From Patescibacteria group bacterium (GTDB lineage: Bacteria > Patescibacteriota > Minisyncoccia > Phycocordibacterales > UBA9973): a stretch of 64,000 bases of DNA. Below are positions 55,812 through 64,000 of the stretch, piece by piece. Every line of letters starts with the position of its first letter. Position 1 is the stretch's first letter. The stretch lies in the NCBI GenBank assembly GCA_040388575.1, contig JAZKBO010000004.1, positions 5,400 through 69,399 of the forward strand, in the 5' to 3' direction. Made by a program: the position numbers and the translations under genes. The notes under the pieces are model-generated. The model searched no databases, was not told the DNA's origin, and worked only from the letters and a program-made list of their open reading frames with translations.

Positions 55812-56737
55812 TTCTTTGTAATTATTTCTATAGCCTTAGTAATCAGCGGAATTATGTCGTTGTAAATATGGAGGTCGGGAATTTCTTTCAATTTAAACCA
55901 ACGCGCTTCGTCTAGGCCCCCTGTAACTTCAAGGGTCAAGGGTTCATATTTGGATTCGGCTAAAAAGTAGATAACTTTCTTTAAAATTTTACCCTTCTCT
56001 GGGTGCGAGGCTACATACTCATTCTCCCCCAATTTTTCAGTAATATTCACATCTATACCTATCTCCTCCTTGATCTTTTTAGCAGTAGCTTCCTTTTCAT
56101 CCCCTGCGCTTTCAATGCCGCCCTTGGTGAGTGTCCAGTAGCCGAAAACGTCGTGCACCATGGCAAAGTAAATATCTTTGCCTTCCTTGGCATACACCAC
56201 AGCCCCACCCTTGCGCTCCACGGGTAATTTGCTCCTGTCTATTGGGGTGTCGTTTTTATGAATTTCCTTTTTCTTTTTACTGACTTCATCCTTACCTGGC
56301 TCGCCTATTTCCTTATACACCGCCCCGAGCACACCGTTGACGAATTTACCGGAATTTTCACCGCCGAAAGTCTTCGCGAGTTCTATTGCTTCATTGATGG
56401 CCACCTTCGGTGGCACTTGACCACGATCGCCAAAGAGGAGCTCGGTGAGCCCAATGCGTAAAATATTTCTATCAATGATGGAAATCTTATCTATCGGCCA
56501 GTCAGGCGCAGCTTTTTCGATGATCTCATCGATCACCGTTTGTTTTACAATTATTTGGTCGGTAAGCATGAAGACGAAGTTGTCCTCCTCCATGCCGGGA
56601 GCGAATTCCTTGAGGTTGCGATCTAAAATTTCTTTTACTTTCTCGGGAGTGTGGTCGGCAGGTTTTGATTGAGACAAGAAGTCCCACTCAAAAAGGGTCT
56701 GAAGTACTATTGATCTGGAAAGATGCCTATTTGCCAT
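55808..56737 (-). CDS. nusB: NusB antitermination factor fused to a C-terminal NUDIX hydrolase domain
   Basis: NusB N-terminus: MANRHLSRSIVLQTLFEWDF... and KFVNGVLGAV. The C-terminus carries a Nudix box: TKGGIESAGDEKEATAKKIKEEIGID. Confidence 0.65.
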   Translation of the reverse strand: MANRHLSRSIVLQTLFEWDFLSQSKPADHTPEKVKEILDRNLKEFAPGMEEDNFVFMLTDQIIVKQTVIDEIIEKAAPDWPIDKISIIDRNILRIGLTELLFGDRGQVPPKVAINEAIELAKTFGGENSGKFVNGVLGAVYKEIGEPGKDEVSKKKKEIHKNDTPIDRSKLPVERKGGAVVYAKEGKDIYFAMVHDVFGYWTLTKGGIESAGDEKEATAKKIKEEIGIDVNITEKLGENEYVASHPEKGKILKKVIYFLAESKYEPLTLEVTGGLDEARWFKLKEIPDLHIYNDIIPLITKAIEIITKK

Positions 56738-56800
56738 TTTTTAAAAAACTTAATCCGCCACCGACGGAAATTACTAACGCTTACAATTAACTACAACTAA

Positions 56801-57025
56801 CTAATTGGCTGCTGCTTTGGCCTTTTCCCTCTTTTGCCTCTTTTCAGTCTTTTTAATCAAGTCCACTACCTTCCTGCCACCGTAAAAGCCGCAATTAGCG
56901 CACATCGTGTGGCTCTTTTTCAGCTCCTTGCAGTTTTCGCACTTGATAAAGTTCGTGCTCACCAATGCATGGTGGGAACGCCTGTTACCTGTATGCGATT
57001 TTGTGCTTCTCATTCTTACTACCAT
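56801..57025 (-). CDS. rpmF: 50S ribosomal protein L32
   Basis: MVVRMRSTKSHTGNRRSHHAL...CENCKE...CANCGFYGGRKV. Confidence 0.8.
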   Translation of the reverse strand: MVVRMRSTKSHTGNRRSHHALVSTNFIKCENCKELKKSHTMCANCGFYGGRKVVDLIKKTEKRQKREKAKAAAN

Positions 57026-57071
57026 AATGTGCTATATCCTAGCATATAAAGGCTGAAATGCAAAGAAAAAT

Positions 57072-58841
57072 GTGATATTATATGAATCTATGGCCCAAAG
57101 CCAACAATCAGAAGACAAGCTAGCCCATACCCGCCACACTTTGGCCCATTTACTAGCCGCCGCAGTCGGTGAAATATATAAATTCGACAATGTCCGCCTA
57201 ACCCTTGGCCCAGCCATAGAAAATGGCTTTTATTACGATATTGATTTCTTGGGTGAAAAGATAAGCGACGAGGATTTAAAAAAGATTGAAAAAACAATGA
57301 AGAAAAGGCTCCCCAGCTGGGATAAATGGGAGCATAAAGTGGTGAGCAAGGAGGAAGCGCTCGAGACTTTCAAAAATAACGAATACAAAGCTGAGCTCAT
57401 CAAGGAAATAGCTGACCGTGGCGAAGAAATAACTATTTATACTTGTGGTAAATTCTCGGACCTGTGCCGCGGCGGCCATGTTGAAAATCCTGCAAAGGAA
57501 ATTGACCCAGAATCTTTTATGCTTGACCGCGTTGCGGGTGCTTACTGGCGCGGCGATGAAAAGAATAAAATGCTCACTCGTATTTACGGGCTCGCATTTG
57601 AAAGTAAAAAAGATTTGGATGCGTACCTAATGCAGCGTGAGGAAGCTGAAAAAAGAGACCATAAAAAGTTGGGTCGGGAGTTGGGACTCCTCATGTTCCA
57701 TGAAACTGCCCCAGGTATGCCCTACTGGCTACCAAAAGGATTAATTTTATACAAAGAACTTGAAAATTATTGGCGCAAAAGGCACGCGGAACTTGATTAT
57801 CAAGAAATCGCGAGCCCGCTCGTAAATAAAGCCGAGCTCTGGAAAATTTCCGGACATTGGGACCACTACCAAGACGACATGTTCATCGCCAACATGGGTG
57901 AAAATGAAGTGTATGGCATCAAGCCGATGAACTGCCCGAATGCCATGATTGTTTTCAAATCCATGCAAGTTAGCTACAAGGATTTACCACTACGCCTTTC
58001 CGATACCGACCGCCTGCATCGCTATGAACGCTCGGGAGTTTTAAATGGGCTCCTCCGCTGCCGCTCCTTCCAGCAAGATGACTCCCACAACTACATAACC
58101 GAGGATATGATCGAAGATGAATATCATAAGATCATGGATATTTGTAAAGAATTTTATGGAATTTTTAACTTAGAATATTCCTTCCGCCTCGGCACCAGGC
58201 CTAAGGAATTTATGGGTGATGTAGAAACCTGGGATAAAGCTGAAAAGGCGCTGCATAATGTGCTTAAAAAATCTGATAAAAAATATTCCGTAGCCGAGGG
58301 TGACGGTGCATTTTATGGACCCAAGATAGACATAATAATGAAGGACGCCATCGGCCGGGACTGGCAGATGGGTACTATCCAGCTCGACTTCCAACAGCCT
58401 CGCCGCTTTGAACTGGAATATACTGACCGTGATGGCAAGAAGAAAACACCTGTAGTAATCCACCGCGTTATTTATGGCTCGCTCGAGCGATTCATCGGCA
58501 TACTTATTGAGCATACTGCAGGCAACTTCCCTCTCTGGCTCGCGCCCGTTCAGGTGAAGGTTATTCCAGTGCGGGAGAATCATAATGAATATGCCAAGAA
58601 GGTTGCAGAATTATTGAAAGAAAATAATATCCGCGCAGAATTTGATAATAAGGATGAAAACCTAGGCACCAAAGTCCGCGATGCCAAAAATAACAAGCTC
58701 CCCTACTGGATAGTGGTGGGTGACAAGGAAGTTGAAGCTGATAAACTTACCCTCGAGAGCCGCGACTCTGGCAACCTAGGGCAAATGGCAAAGGAAGATT
58801 TGGTTTCAAAACTACTCAAAGAAATTAAGGATAAGAAATAA
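57072..58841 (+). CDS. thrS: threonyl-tRNA synthetase (lacking N-terminal TGS domain)
   Basis: N2/editing-domain HTLAHLLAAAV...GFYYDIDF. Class II catalytic core. C-terminal anticodon-binding domain. The start is possibly at MAQSQQ (57090). Confidence 0.8.
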   Translation: MILYESMAQSQQSEDKLAHTRHTLAHLLAAAVGEIYKFDNVRLTLGPAIENGFYYDIDFLGEKISDEDLKKIEKTMKKRLPSWDKWEHKVVSKEEALETFKNNEYKAELIKEIADRGEEITIYTCGKFSDLCRGGHVENPAKEIDPESFMLDRVAGAYWRGDEKNKMLTRIYGLAFESKKDLDAYLMQREEAEKRDHKKLGRELGLLMFHETAPGMPYWLPKGLILYKELENYWRKRHAELDYQEIASPLVNKAELWKISGHWDHYQDDMFIANMGENEVYGIKPMNCPNAMIVFKSMQVSYKDLPLRLSDTDRLHRYERSGVLNGLLRCRSFQQDDSHNYITEDMIEDEYHKIMDICKEFYGIFNLEYSFRLGTRPKEFMGDVETWDKAEKALHNVLKKSDKKYSVAEGDGAFYGPKIDIIMKDAIGRDWQMGTIQLDFQQPRRFELEYTDRDGKKKTPVVIHRVIYGSLERFIGILIEHTAGNFPLWLAPVQVKVIPVRENHNEYAKKVAELLKENNIRAEFDNKDENLGTKVRDAKNNKLPYWIVVGDKEVEADKLTLESRDSGNLGQMAKEDLVSKLLKEIKDKK

Positions 58842-58842
58842 A

Positions 58843-59151
58843 ATGCCTGAAGGATATCATAAGTTAGTTCGAGATAATATTCCAAAACATTTGGATGAAA
58901 AAGGTGTGCCTTATGAAAAAAGGGTTGCAACTCCTGAAGAATATAGAGCTGAGTTATTAAAAAAGCTTCCCGAAGAGGTGGCAGAATTCGAAGAAGCTCA
59001 CAGTCCAGAAGAGCTGGCTGACATCATCGAAGTCATTGAAGCATTAAAAGAATTACCGGAATTTTCTAAAGTGGATGAAATAAGAAAAATAAAGCTCGCC
59101 ACCAAAGGCGGCTTCACTAAGCGAATAATTCTAAAAGGAGAAAAAGGTTAG
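58843..59151 (+). CDS. MazG-like all-alpha nucleotide pyrophosphohydrolase (YpjD/HisE-like)
   Basis: KLVRDNIPKHL...EEYRAELLKKLPEEVAEFEEA...EELADIIEVIEAL pattern. Confidence 0.5.
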   Translation: MPEGYHKLVRDNIPKHLDEKGVPYEKRVATPEEYRAELLKKLPEEVAEFEEAHSPEELADIIEVIEALKELPEFSKVDEIRKIKLATKGGFTKRIILKGEKG

Positions 59152-59156
59152 TTATT

Positions 59157-59516
59157 TTATATCTTCCACCTTAAAACCATAAGTAAAGTATCTTTTTTAG
59201 TTACCCAGGTATGCAAATCATTGGGTTCAATAAAAATGAAGTCTCCTTCTTTTTTAAGTGGAACCATTTTAGATTTATTTATAGTTACTTCGTGATGCCC
59301 ACGAACTAGTATTATCAGTGTTTGAATTACTTTATGTTTATGTGGCACTGTTTTTGTATCTCCCTTCTTGAGTCGAATCCAGCGAACTTCAATTTTAGGT
59401 ATATTTTTAAAATCAAAAATTGGGTTCTTGCTGTCCCCCAACTTTCCCAATCTATTAATTAAAGAACCATTCCTCTGGCTATGTTTTAGTTTAGAATTAA
59501 AGTTGCCATTTTTCAT
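59157..59516 (-). CDS. cupin-domain protein
   Basis: HKHKVIQTLIILVRGHHEVTIN...GDFIFIEPNDLHTW carries the two-His cupin motifs. Confidence 0.4.
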   Translation of the reverse strand: MKNGNFNSKLKHSQRNGSLINRLGKLGDSKNPIFDFKNIPKIEVRWIRLKKGDTKTVPHKHKVIQTLIILVRGHHEVTINKSKMVPLKKEGDFIFIEPNDLHTWVTKKDTLLMVLRWKI

Positions 59517-59522
59517 ATAATA

Positions 59523-60146
59523 TTATTTATATGTGCTTATTAATAAACCGTCCTCAATCTCTAAAAATTCGTTCGAGTAATCTTTATTATTAGATAAATA
59601 TTCCCGGTAATCATTAACATACTCAGCAAAATTAGTCATATTATCCGCAATAATAACAGCTCCGTGATTTAAATGTGGCTCAATTTTCCTTAGATATTCA
59701 AGGTACTCATGTTTATCAGCATCTATAAATACCATATCCACCATCTTATCCCAACTTTCTAAAACATCAAGGATATTACCTTTTATCTGGACAATCGATT
59801 CAGTCAGGCCAGCTTCTGCGAAAGATTGCTGCGCCATTTCTATTTTTTGCGGTGATATCTCAACTGTAAAAAGTTTGCCACCTTCTGGTAAAGCAGATGC
59901 TATCCAGATACTGGAGTAGCCAGCGGATGTGCCCAATTCTAAGACAACTTGTGGTTTTTTAATAAGCACAGTTTCTCGCAATAGCTCCCCTGTTGCCCTA
60001 CCCACTGACCACAACTTTATTTTATTATTATGAGACCAATGTCCGTCCTTACCATTATTTTCGTCAGAGACATCCTCAACTAAAAACTCCTTGTCCAATT
60101 TTTCTAATCGCTCAACTGTTGCTAAAAATTTGGAGTCGATTTTCAT
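59523..60146 (-). CDS. class I SAM-dependent O-methyltransferase (family 3, catechol-OMT-like)
   Basis: VLELGTSAGYSSIWIA (SAM motif I), DMVFIDADKHEY, and GAVIIADNM. Confidence 0.65.
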   Translation of the reverse strand: MKIDSKFLATVERLEKLDKEFLVEDVSDENNGKDGHWSHNNKIKLWSVGRATGELLRETVLIKKPQVVLELGTSAGYSSIWIASALPEGGKLFTVEISPQKIEMAQQSFAEAGLTESIVQIKGNILDVLESWDKMVDMVFIDADKHEYLEYLRKIEPHLNHGAVIIADNMTNFAEYVNDYREYLSNNKDYSNEFLEIEDGLLISTYK

Positions 60147-60152
60147 AATGTA

Positions 60153-60614
60153 CTAAATTTTTATATATTCTATTTCTATACCCAATTGCTTCGCTTGGTC
60201 ATGTTCCCACCGTGCACCCTTTGAAGATTCCCAGTCTGGCATAAAATATAACTTTTTAATTAAGCCAGAAGTGAATATTGGAAGGTAGAAATCAGTTAGT
60301 AGAGCTGTAGCGTACTGCCCGGCGGGTAAAGTGGTTTTTATTCTTTGCATCGGTGCCTCGAAGGGCATCTGATCGAAAATTATTTTACCTTCCGCTTGCA
60401 AAAATACTATCGTTTCATTAAAAGCTATGAGATTTTCTAAAATTGTTCCTCTTCCGCCAGTACTTATGGGCCCACATACTTGGCCTATTGGTGCAGGCAT
60501 GCGGCGTAAAACATTAAAAGCTATGTCCCTCATTGTATCTATACTTTCAGCTTGCTCGAGCAAAAGAATGTCTTCCTCCGTCCAATATTCTCGGGTACTA
60601 TGATTTAGATCCAT
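60153..60614 (-). CDS. DUF4406-like (nucleoside 2-deoxyribosyltransferase-like fold) protein
   Basis: VCGPISTGG...N...FNE... and LYFMPDWESSKGARWEHDQAKQLGIEI match the DUF4406 consensus. Confidence 0.45.
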   Translation of the reverse strand: MDLNHSTREYWTEEDILLLEQAESIDTMRDIAFNVLRRMPAPIGQVCGPISTGGRGTILENLIAFNETIVFLQAEGKIIFDQMPFEAPMQRIKTTLPAGQYATALLTDFYLPIFTSGLIKKLYFMPDWESSKGARWEHDQAKQLGIEIEYIKI

Positions 60615-61163
60615 GATTTTCTTTCTTTAACAACTCTAGAAGATTCTCCATGGCTTTACCGCGGTGGGAGTGTTTATTGCGCTCTTCGTCGGTAAGCTCC
60701 AGCATTATTTTGTCAGTACCGTCTAATTTTACGAAGAGCTCAAACCATCGGCCTTTATGATCCTTTTCTTTCGGAGCTACAATCACGCCATTAAACTCCC
60801 CCACACCCATAATGATATCATCCTCCCCGCGGCATAAAGCTAGCCGACAAACAGCTTTTATCCTAGTACCCGAAAATTTATGACCCATTTCGTATGGAGT
60901 CATAACATTGAAAAAGTCCTTCATATATGGCCCCGGGAAACCATTTAAGAATTCAAAATACACTGAGACATCATCTACTAATACTGCGCCGCCAAACTTT
61001 TTGTAAGCCTTTTTAACTTTGTCAGTAATTATCTCCCCCGGCTCACCCTGTATCTCGTGTTCATCCCAAGGCCTCTGCTCGCAGTCGAAAAAATCTTTAA
61101 GTTTGTAAGATAGATCATGGAATTTAAAGTCACTACCTGTAACAATAAAAAGTTTCGGCTTCA

Positions 61164-61164
<1 letters not shown>
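60598..61164 (-). CDS. non-canonical purine NTP pyrophosphatase (Ham1/RdgB, ITPase family)
   Basis: FPGPY and LTDEERNKHSHRGKA (SHRGxA) motifs. Overlaps the DUF4406 start by 17 nt. Confidence 0.6.
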
Positions 61165-63233
<2,069 letters not shown>

Positions 63234-63322
63234 CTATATTATAGCAAATTGAGATACCAAATGCCAGCACTTTTTACCTAAAAAACCTTTACTTTTAAAC
63301 ACTCTTATCCTATAGTTAGATT

Positions 63323-63604
63323 ATGAAACCCGATCAAATGCCAAGAGAAAAACCGCCCGAATCTATCATTCAAGATGCTTTTGAAAGATCAGTTATGGGT
63401 ATAGGTGTTGGCGGCGACCCCGCAGACACTGCTCAATTTTTAGTGCAAAGAATGCAAGAATTCGATTCTTGGGACGCTTTCAAGGAAAGTTTAGAAGAAA
63501 TGGTTAAAGACCATTCTCTGTTTGAAAAAGAGTTTGATAAATTAACAGACATGCATGTTCGGGATCTTGTTGAGCAATACTATGAGTCTAAGAAAAGAAA
63601 GTAA
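63323..63604 (+). CDS. hypothetical acidic protein
   Basis: 93-aa ORF with no recognisable motifs. Confidence 0.3.
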   Translation: MKPDQMPREKPPESIIQDAFERSVMGIGVGGDPADTAQFLVQRMQEFDSWDAFKESLEEMVKDHSLFEKEFDKLTDMHVRDLVEQYYESKKRK

Positions 63605-63620
63605 GGCGGCCTATTAGAAA

Positions 63621-64000
63621 ATGTCAGATATTTTAATAACCTCTCCGGAGGAAGCTAAATTAAAGAAAGAATTGGAGGCTAAAAATGACGTATATTCCGA
63701 GCGCTTGAAGCGCTACTTGGCTATGCCTGATTTATCTCGTACCCCAGGCAGCCCGCTTGCTGAAGTTGTTAGGAAAGCAAAAAGCGTTTCTTCACTTGCC
63801 GGCTTTGACGACATAAAAGTTCCGGAAATTATCCCTATTGATATCATGTTCGACTTGTTTAATATGCCCGAGGGCCACCCTGCCCGCAGCAAGTCCGACA
63901 CTTACTACGTGGATGAAACTCATGTACTACGAACTCACGACACAGTCTTCTGGTACTACTATTTAAATGATCCGGAAATAAAGAAGAAGATTGCGAATAA
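63621..64000 (+). CDS. pheS: phenylalanyl-tRNA synthetase alpha subunit, N-terminal fragment (continues beyond the window)
   Basis: FNMPEGHPARSKSDTYYV...LRTHDT is the PheS motif-1 region. The frame is open to the window end. Confidence 0.75.
   Translation, partial: MSDILITSPEEAKLKKELEAKNDVYSERLKRYLAMPDLSRTPGSPLAEVVRKAKSVSSLAGFDDIKVPEIIPIDIMFDLFNMPEGHPARSKSDTYYVDETHVLRTHDTVFWYYYLNDPEIKKKIAN

Overview
The window is a low-GC, gene-dense bacterial chromosome segment (roughly 35-42% G+C by eye, standard genetic code, long uninterrupted rpoB/rpoC). It resembles a reduced CPR/Patescibacteria-like genome: lysine-rich N-terminal tails, a sortase (LPXTG) substrate, shortened aaRSs and a minimal RNase P RNA. 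Most of the window is housekeeping: the dnaE 3' end, pth, lepB, hisS, def-fmt, hpf, tgt, mreB-mreC, proS, rpsB-tsf, dnaG-rpoD, rpoC-rpoB, trmD, khpA-rpsP, rnr, smc-rnc, nusB, rpmF, thrS, gyrB and the pheS 5' end, plus tRNA-Ala, tRNA-Asn, tRNA-Thr and rnpB.

The accessory content is what stands out:
- Four visibly G+C-rich (roughly 55-60%) gene cassettes encode small secreted, membrane or acidic proteins of unknown function. Each has its own sigma70-like promoter (TTGAC[A/T] -35, several with an extended -10), a strong SD and its own hairpin terminator.
- The cassettes sit at conserved housekeeping junctions: next to the tRNA pair, between trmD and rpoB, inside the rpsP-khpA-trmD operon where rimM normally lies, and between the dac/capA gene and smc.
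- A coherent minus-strand mannose / beta-mannoside phosphorylase cluster: a cytidylyltransferase-fold nucleotidyltransferase, eukaryotic-type PMM, type-II PMI cupin, and three GH130 domains.
- A thiol-disulfide trio (membrane Trx-like protein, DUF378 with a Cys tail, DsbA) alongside Cys-rich secreted proteins.
- A short SMC with a Rad50-like CPxC zinc hook.
- NusB-NUDIX and DacA-CapA fusions.
- A nucleotide house-cleaning cluster (MazG-like, cupin, O-MTase, DUF4406, Ham1).

No CRISPR array, integrase or transposase was seen.
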